From a virus: 64,000 bases of DNA. Numbering within the stretch: the first letter of the stretch is position 1; every line of letters starts with the position of its first letter. The stretch lies in IMG/VR virus record IMGVR_UViG_3300028284_000001. One strand, 5' to 3'. Positions 47,730-56,484 of the stretch are shown here, one piece after another. The notes below the pieces were generated by a model. It did not search any database, had not been told where the DNA came from, and saw only the letters and a list, made by a program, of their open reading frames with translations. Made by a program: the position numbers and the translations under genes.

Positions 47730-49238
47730 TTATATATCCCCTTCAAATGTCACATTTTTTACTTCAAAAGGAAACTTCTGTTCTCTGTAGATCTTCTGCC
47801 TAGCTTTTGAATGTCTAATTAGATAATTATCCCAATCTGGAGATGACAAATCATCGACAAAATCTATAATGTTTACGTCTGTTTTTGATTTATGTTTTCT
47901 TAATCCTCTACCTATAGATTGTCTAATAATCACTTCTGATTTAAACGATTCAGTAAAGAATATGTTATGTATTTTATTAATTGATATACCAGTAGAAAAT
48001 GTACCATAGGATGCTACGATTACAACTTCAGCCCCTGTTTCCATTTTCTTTTTATACTCTTCTCGAATATCTTTATCTGTATTACCATCTACATAGTAAA
48101 CGTTTTTATCAGAATCTTGGCGAAGCTTTTCATATATTCTTTTACCGTGTTCAATACGATGGAATAATACAAGACTATTACCGCGTACTCTGGAAATAAT
48201 GTTTGTAATGAAAGCGAGCCTACCTGTTGACTGTATAACATAATTGCTTTCAAATTTATAGACGTCTTTGCTTTCATACCTGTTTTGTGACATCTCCCTA
48301 AATGCGTTTTTTGTTGAGTCGGGAGCGTAATCCATTTTTATTACTTTTACTTTACAGCCGGCAATATGCCCCTCACCCTGTAAAAAGCTTGCACTAACTT
48401 CTGTAATTACAGGACCTGTATATGCCATTAAAGTCAATCTATCTAAAGTACCTTCTTTTGGAATTGTACCTGACATACCGAATCTATAATTAGCAGCTGT
48501 ACATTTTTGTAAAATAGTTTTGATCGATTGTGATTTAGCTTTATGTGTCTCGTCAATAAGTACTGCATCAAATTGATTAAAGTATTCTTTATCTTTTTTA
48601 ACCAGCGATTGGTATGTACCAATTACCACGTTTCTTCCTGGTCTAATTTTTTGACCAGAATAAATTTGCTGTACTTTAATACTAGCTTGGTTTCTCCAGT
48701 TATAGTCTTGGAAATCTTCAGATCCTTGTACGACAAGTGAGACATTAGGTACAATCATTAGAACTCTACCTGCTTTTTGCTTTTCTAGTAGATATGAAAT
48801 TACCATAAACGAAATAAGTGTTTTACCGGCAGAGGTAGCTAACTCACTTAAGCAATTTCTAAATTTAAGTATATTGTAAGCTGCTTCGATTTGATAATCC
48901 CTAGGTTGCATCTCTGATCCATCAAAGAAGTCCATTGCCCATTCCTCAAAGTCTGCTGCTTTTATATTAGTATCAAAAAGTCTTGTGATGCCATTTAGTT
49001 TAAGCTCGTATTTATACTGCTTACACATGTTCATCACCTCTCTCCATAGTCCAGATGGAATCCATTTATCATCTTTGATATATGAAATATAACCATCCCA
49101 TAAACCTTTTTTTACTAAAGGGTGAAATCGCCAAGAATCAATACGCCTGTTTAATGTAATATTGAGTTGTTCAATTTCCATTTCAGTCGCAGAGTCTACT
49201 CGCAGGAACTGCTTATTATCTGTTAACGTTAAGTCCAT
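47730..49238 (-). CDS. uvsW: SF2 helicase UvsW
   Basis: PRDYQ, ATSAGKT, DETH, STGISI, QSIGRGLR. Confidence 0.93.
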   Translation of the reverse strand: MDLTLTDNKQFLRVDSATEMEIEQLNITLNRRIDSWRFHPLVKKGLWDGYISYIKDDKWIPSGLWREVMNMCKQYKYELKLNGITRLFDTNIKAADFEEWAMDFFDGSEMQPRDYQIEAAYNILKFRNCLSELATSAGKTLISFMVISYLLEKQKAGRVLMIVPNVSLVVQGSEDFQDYNWRNQASIKVQQIYSGQKIRPGRNVVIGTYQSLVKKDKEYFNQFDAVLIDETHKAKSQSIKTILQKCTAANYRFGMSGTIPKEGTLDRLTLMAYTGPVITEVSASFLQGEGHIAGCKVKVIKMDYAPDSTKNAFREMSQNRYESKDVYKFESNYVIQSTGRLAFITNIISRVRGNSLVLFHRIEHGKRIYEKLRQDSDKNVYYVDGNTDKDIREEYKKKMETGAEVVIVASYGTFSTGISINKIHNIFFTESFKSEVIIRQSIGRGLRKHKSKTDVNIIDFVDDLSSPDWDNYLIRHSKARQKIYREQKFPFEVKNVTFEGDI

Positions 49239-49244
49239 TAATTA

Positions 49245-49667
49245 TTATAGATCTTTTAGAGCCAATCTATTTCTAATAGCAAAGCCCATATTATCTAGTG
49301 TTTTTACAGAATCTCTTAGCCAATCCATTTGATTTTCTAAATGTGATAAAATCATATTATCATCTGCCAAGTCATTCTCTAAGAATTTCTCTTTCTGCTT
49401 TTCACCTAGTTTATAGTCATAATTATAGTATCTAATATATGCCTCTCTATATCTTGCAGCAATAGTTTTCTTTTGTTGTTTAATTTTGACATTTATATAT
49501 GCCATTTGATCTACGAGGGTTTGTCTAGAAGATAACACATCAGCAATAGTAATCTCCATTGTATTAATGTTACGAAGACTTTGTGCAAGGTTTCTAATCG
49601 TGACTGACCATTCGTTTCTCTGTGCACTTAATTTTTGATCTAGTGCTAATATCTTTTCGTTACTCAT
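49245..49667 (-). CDS. recombination mediator UvsY-like (probable start MSNEK)
   Basis: 140-aa helical protein next to uvsW; C-terminal KTLDNMGFAIRN; promoter GGAAC-N18-TATAAC at 49672-49700. Confidence 0.6.
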   Translation of the reverse strand: MSNEKILALDQKLSAQRNEWSVTIRNLAQSLRNINTMEITIADVLSSRQTLVDQMAYINVKIKQQKKTIAARYREAYIRYYNYDYKLGEKQKEKFLENDLADDNMILSHLENQMDWLRDSVKTLDNMGFAIRNRLALKDL

Positions 49668-49677
49668 ATATGTTATA

Positions 49678-49887
49678 TTAAAATAGTGACGGTTTGTTCC
49701 TATCTGGTTTAATAAACTTTGCAGCCTTTTGGCGCTTCTTAAGTTTAGGTTTGCTAAATTCCATGTTTGGATTTTCAGCTTTAAACTCAGGCATCTCAAA
49801 GTCAATAAGCATCCTCATTTTCTTAAACCGATCGCTATCGTTAAAAAAGTCCTCTATCGTTTCTTCCATTTCTTCTATACGTACCAT
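49678..49887 (-). CDS. small hypothetical protein ending PSLF
   Basis: Fills the gap between primase and uvsY. Confidence 0.6.
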   Translation of the reverse strand: MVRIEEMEETIEDFFNDSDRFKKMRMLIDFEMPEFKAENPNMEFSKPKLKKRQKAAKFIKPDRNKPSLF

Positions 49888-50954
49888 AAGTCTAAATCGC
49901 TTGATGTGAAATATTCATCTATTTGTTTCCATGCATTAGATTTATTATCAAAACACACTTTAACCAAATCGTTTAGATCTTTGATATTATATGTATCTAG
50001 CTTAAAATCTGTTAGAAATTTAGACCACATAAATACTGGTCTTCCTTTCTTTAATTTCTCTGCCATCTTCTTTTTACCTGTTGCATCATTATCAAACATA
50101 TATCTGACTGTTGCCATTTCGTCAAATTCTTCTGTAGATCTACCTGCAGTTGCAAGGGCAATAGAGTTATGCATAAACTTCGCATCAATTGGTCCTTCAA
50201 ACAGAGTTACTGGCTGTTGGAAATTAACCTGCATAATTCCAAAAAGTGTTGAAGCCTTTGCAATCTTAGTTAATGCAATTGGTTCTATTTCTAAAGGTTT
50301 CTTCCACTCTTCATATATTTTTGGTAGGTCATAAGTAAGATACCTAGACCCATAGCCTTTCATTCTTCTGGATTGCGCGCCGATAATTTTACCTTCTAGT
50401 CCCTTGTTTAAAATCCAAAGGCGATTACCTTTTGGGGAAAAAAGAAACTCATTAGCTTTGTTATGTAATAGCCTCTCTTTTAATTGAAACCAAATCCAGT
50501 CTCCAGGCTCTATTTCTTTAGCGCCAAATACTTGTTTAAACTCATCTACTGTCAATGCCAATTCTTGGACGCTTGCAAGTGACGCATTTTGTAATACCTG
50601 TTCTTGACTTACCTGCTGCTTATTCTCTTTAATATAGTCTATAATAGTAAAGGAGTCTCCAGTGTTAGGCATTCTTACCTCATGGTCTTTTAATATACCA
50701 TAAAGATTAGTGTGGTGTGAGCAGTTATAGCAATGATACTGTAAAGTGTCCCAATACATATTGCCACGCTTCTTAGTGTCGTCATCGCTTGAATCACCAC
50801 AATAAGGACATGCCAGGGTTATTCGCCCTGGCATGTCTTTAAGCAATTGCTTGTTAGGAGTAGAATGATGTTCTACACAAACTTGTTTGAGTGCTTTTTT
50901 TATTCTACCTTTAAGCTCTTCAGTAAGTTTTATATTAGATGTTGAGTTCATCAA
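49875..50954 (-). CDS. DNA primase (gp61-like)
   Basis: CPYCGDS...HCYNC zinc finger, EGPIDA, FDND TOPRIM, KDLND. Confidence 0.92.
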   Translation of the reverse strand: MMNSTSNIKLTEELKGRIKKALKQVCVEHHSTPNKQLLKDMPGRITLACPYCGDSSDDDTKKRGNMYWDTLQYHCYNCSHHTNLYGILKDHEVRMPNTGDSFTIIDYIKENKQQVSQEQVLQNASLASVQELALTVDEFKQVFGAKEIEPGDWIWFQLKERLLHNKANEFLFSPKGNRLWILNKGLEGKIIGAQSRRMKGYGSRYLTYDLPKIYEEWKKPLEIEPIALTKIAKASTLFGIMQVNFQQPVTLFEGPIDAKFMHNSIALATAGRSTEEFDEMATVRYMFDNDATGKKKMAEKLKKGRPVFMWSKFLTDFKLDTYNIKDLNDLVKVCFDNKSNAWKQIDEYFTSSDLDLWYV

Positions 50955-51855
50955 GGAAAGAATCTAAATCATCATCTGTAGTTACCTTATTCTCTGTTGT
51001 TGAAGCTTCAGCTTTCGTTGGAGCTGCACTACCTGCTGTTGCAGTTACTGCTGCCTTTGGTGCTGGAGCTGCTTTTGGTGTGCCAGTTACTGCTGCAATG
51101 TCGTCACCTGGATTAAGATACATTCTTAACACATTGTTTACGAAAGCTCTTGTGTCTTCGTCCCACGCTTTGTAGTCATATTGTGCTAATGATGGTGCAT
51201 TTTCTAATTCCTCTTTGATAGAAGCCATAGTCTCTTTGTTTCTTTCTGCTGGAGCTTCGCCCATTAAGATAGCAGATTTATTAGAAGAGAATTTAGATTT
51301 ATCGTAGTTGTTATATTCACCTTGTCTTGTAATTACAAGCTCGAAGTTCTTACCTTCGAATAGGTCGAATACTTGTGTTGGCTCGCCAAAGTCTGGCTTC
51401 AACTCAGAATCAATCTTTTCTTTAATCTTATATCCAAACTTAAATACTTTGTAAGTACCTTCCATTTCTGGATTTTGTGGATCTTTAATAATCTTGATTA
51501 AAGAATAATACTGTTGACGTCTCTTCAATTTCTCAGAAGATTTTCTGTCTACAGCAGAATCTGATTTTCTCAACTTCCAGAATACATCTGCAATAGGGCA
51601 GTGTTCTCCAATAGTTTGAGGTGAGTCTACTAGTTTACCATCTCCAGAAGAGTTAGTTAACCAGTGTACGTATTTTTGAACCAAAGATTTTCTTGGGTTC
51701 TCTGGATTAGGTACAAAACGAATTAATGCTTTGTAAGTTCCGTCCTTGCCGTCGTCGGCAGTTGGTTTGTAAACTTCGTTTGTTGAAGTTCTTTCAGGCT
51801 GGTGTGTTTCCACATCTTCCACGCCTAAATTAAAAATGTCGAATGAGTCGCTCAT
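50935..51855 (-). CDS. single-stranded DNA-binding protein (gp32-like)
   Basis: ALIRFVP, CPI, FKFG.KI, FDLFEGKNF, NYDKSKF, acidic tail DDDLDSFLDEL. Confidence 0.92.
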   Translation of the reverse strand: MSDSFDIFNLGVEDVETHQPERTSTNEVYKPTADDGKDGTYKALIRFVPNPENPRKSLVQKYVHWLTNSSGDGKLVDSPQTIGEHCPIADVFWKLRKSDSAVDRKSSEKLKRRQQYYSLIKIIKDPQNPEMEGTYKVFKFGYKIKEKIDSELKPDFGEPTQVFDLFEGKNFELVITRQGEYNNYDKSKFSSNKSAILMGEAPAERNKETMASIKEELENAPSLAQYDYKAWDEDTRAFVNNVLRMYLNPGDDIAAVTGTPKAAPAPKAAVTATAGSAAPTKAEASTTENKVTTDDDLDSFLDELNI

Positions 51856-51941
51856 AATTTTCTTTTAGTTGTTTAATTGTTTAATAATGAAATACTTTAA
51901 TTGTCTTTCAGTTCCTTATAGTTGTACAATATACAATAGTT

Positions 51942-52112
51942 TCAATTAAATGTTAAGATTGCTCCAGATGGCTCCTTCCATTCCCCGTCCTTTAGCTTAA
52001 TCAGCCCTGATTTGTGTAGTAACTCTGATGCTTCCTTTTCAGTAAGCTGGTTCGCTGCCACCATTTTTTGTAGGATCGTATTGAGGCGAAGGTAATCTAT
52101 AGTAATCAACAT
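51942..52112 (-). CDS. small hypothetical protein (probable start MLITID)
   Basis: Downstream of overlapping middle and late motifs at 52141-52168. Confidence 0.55.
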   Translation of the reverse strand: MLITIDYLRLNTILQKMVAANQLTEKEASELLHKSGLIKLKDGEWKEPSGAILTFN

Positions 52113-52219
52113 ATCAATTAATACTTTGTTTATTATACTTATTATATATCTGAATTTCATTTTGTTTCTAGATTATATGTTAATAACTTTGTTTCAAAAT
52201 AGTTGCCGAAATATTTTTT

Positions 52220-52247
52220 TATGTCAATTATTATTCGTATATTAGTA
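52220..52247 (+). promoter_or_regulatory. putative early promoter
   Basis: TATGTCA-N7-TTCGTATATTAGTA, 22 nt before the ATG at 52270. Confidence 0.7.
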
Positions 52248-52269
52248 CTGTAATTAAAAACTAATAAAC

Positions 52270-52602
52270 ATGAGTAATCCACACTACGAACACCAATTAA
52301 AATTAGACGCTATGAAGAAACATACTAAATTATCGTCGAGAAACAAAACCCTTCTTTTGATGGGGGCTAAGGCTACTGGAAGCTTTCTAGAAGGTTATTA
52401 TTATATAGAGGAAAGTTTATACATCGATGAGGCTAACTCGCTCCATTCGTTCTGTACATGGATTGATGACATCATCGGTGGCGCAGGTCCAGTTAATATT
52501 GATATGTTATGGCTAGGGTTTAAATACCCTGAAGTAGACAGATACTCTAGAGCATGTGTAGATATTAAGAAACAAATGGATGAAATTAAAGCTTACTGTT
52601 AA
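52270..52602 (+). CDS. hypothetical early protein
   Basis: 110-aa ORF with its own early promoter and A-rich leader. Confidence 0.75.
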   Translation: MSNPHYEHQLKLDAMKKHTKLSSRNKTLLLMGAKATGSFLEGYYYIEESLYIDEANSLHSFCTWIDDIIGGAGPVNIDMLWLGFKYPEVDRYSRACVDIKKQMDEIKAYC

Positions 52603-52661
52603 CCAGAATATGGCTTTTCTTAGTTAATTAAAAAAAGATTGTAGATTTGTTGAACCTTTTT

Positions 52662-52690
52662 GAAACCTTTTCTGGGAACTAGCATATAAG
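52662..52690 (+). promoter_or_regulatory. middle-type promoter with no downstream ORF
   Basis: GAAAC-N18-TATAAG pointing into a non-coding tract. Confidence 0.55.
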
Positions 52691-52788
52691 TAATGTCTTT
52701 AAGCCAAAGCCAGATAAGGTTCTGGAAGTAAGCTTTAAGTCTGTAAGCAGAGACAAGTATCAGTTAAGGGCTTGAAGCAGAGACTTGG

Positions 52789-53463
52789 TTAGTTTGGCAA
52801 ATTTTCCCCAAGTTGTGTGTACAGATAATGATTAAGAAACCAAGCGTCGACTAGATCATCAAAAGGCTTCGGCACTTTTTTAACCTCATCACCTATATCA
52901 TTTACACAATACTTAAATAAAGAAGTCTTAGCTAACTCTGGACTCTCTACTATATTATTTAAGAAAGCAACCCAAAGAGCTAACTTATTCATATTCCCTT
53001 TACCAGCATGTTTCTTAATTGTAGTAGGTGCAACGGTCAGTAAATTTTTGACCTCGAGTCTATTAATCATTTGTTCTTTAAGGATTGCAGCTCCTGCTGC
53101 CATGTCAATCATATTATTAGTTCCCATCTTAGAACCGTATGACGTACCTTCGAATGCTATATGATAATCTTCTTCTGTGTTTGTTATGCCTAATATTAGA
53201 TTAATTATATCGTCCGCAGTTTGGATATATCTTTTAATCTTTGCAAATTCGTTTTTAGAGTAATCACCTACTGAAGATTTCCAGTCAGGTTGGTGTACAA
53301 GAGTTACATCCGAGAACGTACTTATTTCTTCTTGTCTTTTTTGTTCAGCTTTTGTTCCTGAACCAGCTTTAATATAGGAGATAAAGTGATATTCATTCGT
53401 ATCAGACTGCCAGACACAGATACCAGGGGAATTAAGCGAGAAGTCAACTGTAACTAAATTCAA
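52789..53463 (-). CDS. RuvC-like Holliday junction resolvase (probable TTG start)
   Basis: VDFSLNSPG, IAFEG, PTTIKK..GKGN, DDLVDA. Confidence 0.8.
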   Translation of the reverse strand: MNLVTVDFSLNSPGICVWQSDTNEYHFISYIKAGSGTKAEQKRQEEISTFSDVTLVHQPDWKSSVGDYSKNEFAKIKRYIQTADDIINLILGITNTEEDYHIAFEGTSYGSKMGTNNMIDMAAGAAILKEQMINRLEVKNLLTVAPTTIKKHAGKGNMNKLALWVAFLNNIVESPELAKTSLFKYCVNDIGDEVKKVPKPFDDLVDAWFLNHYLYTQLGENLPN

Positions 53464-53464
53464 A

Positions 53465-53842
53465 TTAGATTCTTTTACCCATCGCAGCACCTAAAGCAGC
53501 ACCGACTAATCTGGAGGTTAATAAATCGTAAAAGATACCTTTTTGAATACCTAGTACTTTACAAATAACTTTACCAACTGATTTACCTAAAGCAAATCCA
53601 GCTAAACCACCAAAGATAGAACCTAAAAGACCTTCATTCATAAAAGCTTCTTCTAATTTGTCTAATTCAAATGTACCATCTTCTTTTTGGTATTGTTGTA
53701 CAAATTGCTCTAATGCAAAATCTACTTTATCTTCTAAGTCTTGCGACCATTCTTGTTGAAGCCCTTCTTGTAAAAGTTTCATATCAGTGTCAGTTAGCTT
53801 TTGCTCAACTAAGTACTGGTTAAATGTTTTAGTATCTTTCAT
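53465..53842 (-). CDS. putative virion pro-protein with C-terminal glycine-zipper peptide
   Basis: KTFNQYLVE N-terminus, acidic first half, GxxxG-rich cationic second half; late promoter at 53847-53854. Confidence 0.55.
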   Translation of the reverse strand: MKDTKTFNQYLVEQKLTDTDMKLLQEGLQQEWSQDLEDKVDFALEQFVQQYQKEDGTFELDKLEEAFMNEGLLGSIFGGLAGFALGKSVGKVICKVLGIQKGIFYDLLTSRLVGAALGAAMGKRI

Positions 53843-53857
53843 AGTTTATATATCTTG

Positions 53858-54409
53858 TTAATCTATTTCTAATCTCAGGTCTAATTTATTATAGACAAAT
53901 GTACATTCAAATGTAGCAAAGTCTGCTACGTTCTCAGCCATATTAAGATTTAATTCATTTATTGAATTCATAATGATTCCAGTAAATTCCATATATGCTA
54001 CTGAAGCTCCTTCGGCATCTAATATTCTTAGAGTCATAGGATCTATATAAGCCTTTTTAGTAGACTTAGCATAATAATATAAAAGAGTGTCCATCATTAT
54101 CCAATAGTTAATAAAACCATCTAATAATTGAAAGGTCACTGTAAATTCTCTTGTAATAGTATTTTGAATTGGCACTGAACCTCTATGATTTCTTATTGTA
54201 CCATCATTATCTGATTGGGTAATTGGATCAAATGCTACACCCGGAATATTAAGACCTTGTATAGAATAATTTACAAAATCAATAGGTTCTGCTAAAAGTC
54301 CACCTGGAACTCTGTTTAAATACTTCTTGTATTTTTCAGAAACTTCCTTTGGTATAAACAATCTAGGGAACCTAAAGTCGTATGCGTTATTTCTGCTATT
54401 TAATATCAT
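53858..54409 (-). CDS. tail tube-fold protein (gp3/gp19/gp54-like)
   Basis: IQGLNIPG, FTVTF.L...INYW, F.CTFVY pattern. Confidence 0.55.
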   Translation of the reverse strand: MILNSRNNAYDFRFPRLFIPKEVSEKYKKYLNRVPGGLLAEPIDFVNYSIQGLNIPGVAFDPITQSDNDGTIRNHRGSVPIQNTITREFTVTFQLLDGFINYWIMMDTLLYYYAKSTKKAYIDPMTLRILDAEGASVAYMEFTGIIMNSINELNLNMAENVADFATFECTFVYNKLDLRLEID

Positions 54410-56481
54410 TATCCAATAGTAAATTTACCTTTAGTAATCATAGTTTCATCTGTGCCATTATCTATACTAATATAGAACGAGGTTGTTTTCATACCCCTAA
54501 TGCTCCCGGCATTAGCTTTATTAATTTGGAATAAAACTTCACCTTTACCCATATCAATATCTTTATTATAGATGTGGTTAAATTTTAAGTCAGTAGTACC
54601 ATCCTCAAATGTAAGAACAACTCTTTCGGCATTTTCAAATGAAATCATTTCAAAATCATCCCCTCTTTTCTTAGCTATTACAAATTTATAGTAAGATGCA
54701 AAAGGAGGTATACTAATAGATAAATCACCTTCATTTACAAAATCAGATGTATCAAACTCTTCAACATCTTTTCTAATTGGATTATCACCAGCTCCAACTA
54801 GATTTACTGTAGCTGAACTAGCAATTACATTATGTCTTTCGATAAATGCTGGAACTGTTTTAACAGACCTAGGTAAATTATCTGTAATAAATCCTGCAAT
54901 AATTTTGTTAGTCGCTAGGTTAGGTAATACATTGTATACTTCTGTTAATACATTTGGGCTATCAATTTTAATTGATGATAATCTTTTACCGTATTTAGCA
55001 GCTTGATCTATTGTCAAACTAGCTCTTTTTACAATTTGAGTATTATCTGTTTGGTTGTATATTCTCATAGTTACTTCTATAGAAAAATTAACAGCAATAT
55101 TAGCCTGATTAATTACAGGTCTAAACTTAATTGGAGTGTTAAAATCTTCATATTGAGTAAACTGAGAAGTGTATGATTTAATGTTAGCTGTACCTATTTG
55201 TTCAAATACATCAACATCGTATAGAACTACAATATCGTCAGACGAAGTTCGAATTCTATTTAAGATATGTCCTTCAAAATTATTAATTGAATTATCTTTC
55301 TCTCCGTAAATATTAAAGTAATCACCATCGGCTGCATCTTCTACAACTACGGTAAAGTCAGCAAATTCGTCTTCTCGAGAAACTGTAAATAAGTTTTCTT
55401 CTCCTGTATAAACATAATCAAATCCTTCGATCGTTCTAATAGAATCTAATAAAGCAAATCTAATTCCATAGTTTGCAGTTGGGTTTAAATCACTTGAACC
55501 TGGTGTTCCATCTCCATAAAACCTATCATCAAACTCAGAATTCTGATTTACTAATGTAGGTATTTTAAGATTAATATATTTTGACCACAAAGTCTCACCT
55601 AAAATAAAAGGCTTAGGGTTTGAAAATTCATAATTACTTGTATTAAGATATACAAGCTGTGTTAAATAGTTCTTAAGACCTGATGTTCTTTCTGCTGTAA
55701 TTTCAAATAAGAAACCAGCCTTATTTCTTGCGGCAAAGCTAAATCCAGATTTTAAATGTAATCTAACTGAATCATAAACAATAAAATTAATATTAGCAGT
55801 AGCTTCTGTTTGATAATTTAAAAGATCGGCCTCATTACCACCTGCCCAACCTGGTGCATTATTAATATAATTATGCATTTCATAAGCTCCTGTAGAATCA
55901 TAACCTAATAAAGCATATTTAGTAGAGTCGCTAGCATCTTGTACATCAACTGCATGATATCTACCTATTGTTTGATTAATATCATTTCCTGTTGCTTCAT
56001 CCGGAGATGCAAAAAGAGGATTAGCTCTTGTGTCAACTATAATTTTACCACCTATTAAACCAGGATAACTATAAGATATTTTACCATTTATAGTAGGAGT
56101 AAATTCTCCAAGATTGGTAACTGATGAAAACGTGTAAATACCTAAAGCACCTGAGATTGCAAAATCAGCAGGATTAGCTAAGGCACTTAAATCAAATTTA
56201 TATGTTTTACCACTTTGTAAAAGCAATGTTCTAGCTGCAAAGTTCTCAACCGCAATATAGCCTGAAATTTCAGTTACATCAAAGTTAACTACCGCACTAC
56301 CTAATTCATTTATTAAATGTCTAGATTTATATGGATCTTGATCCACCGTATCTAAAAACATTACCTCACTACCGTTATCATCAACTTCGATTTTAAACTT
56401 CTCTAAATCGCCTTGATCGTGATAAATAAACTCTAAAAGTATATCTTCGTCTATTCTGAAATATCTACTTGACTGTGCCAT
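54409..56481 (-). CDS. putative structural (baseplate/tail) protein
   Basis: 690 aa, beta-rich, within the tail operon. Confidence 0.45.
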   Translation of the reverse strand: MAQSSRYFRIDEDILLEFIYHDQGDLEKFKIEVDDNGSEVMFLDTVDQDPYKSRHLINELGSAVVNFDVTEISGYIAVENFAARTLLLQSGKTYKFDLSALANPADFAISGALGIYTFSSVTNLGEFTPTINGKISYSYPGLIGGKIIVDTRANPLFASPDEATGNDINQTIGRYHAVDVQDASDSTKYALLGYDSTGAYEMHNYINNAPGWAGGNEADLLNYQTEATANINFIVYDSVRLHLKSGFSFAARNKAGFLFEITAERTSGLKNYLTQLVYLNTSNYEFSNPKPFILGETLWSKYINLKIPTLVNQNSEFDDRFYGDGTPGSSDLNPTANYGIRFALLDSIRTIEGFDYVYTGEENLFTVSREDEFADFTVVVEDAADGDYFNIYGEKDNSINNFEGHILNRIRTSSDDIVVLYDVDVFEQIGTANIKSYTSQFTQYEDFNTPIKFRPVINQANIAVNFSIEVTMRIYNQTDNTQIVKRASLTIDQAAKYGKRLSSIKIDSPNVLTEVYNVLPNLATNKIIAGFITDNLPRSVKTVPAFIERHNVIASSATVNLVGAGDNPIRKDVEEFDTSDFVNEGDLSISIPPFASYYKFVIAKKRGDDFEMISFENAERVVLTFEDGTTDLKFNHIYNKDIDMGKGEVLFQINKANAGSIRGMKTTSFYISIDNGTDETMITKGKFTIG

Positions 56482-56484
56482 GTT

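Larger units (their letters stand above)
610..53854 (-). promoter_or_regulatory. dispersed late promoter motif GATATATA (variant AATATATA)
   Basis: Copies at 610, 2659, 8823, 10392v, 12607, 12990, 14648, 17394, 18490, 31267, 39123v, 43112v, 47731, 52143 and 53847, nearly all just upstream of virion-type genes. Confidence 0.8.

Noticed and set aside
49668-49805. N-terminal extension of the uvsY ORF given in the track
   Set aside because: It overlaps the 49678-49887 gene and a promoter; the ATG at 49667 gives a typical UvsY length
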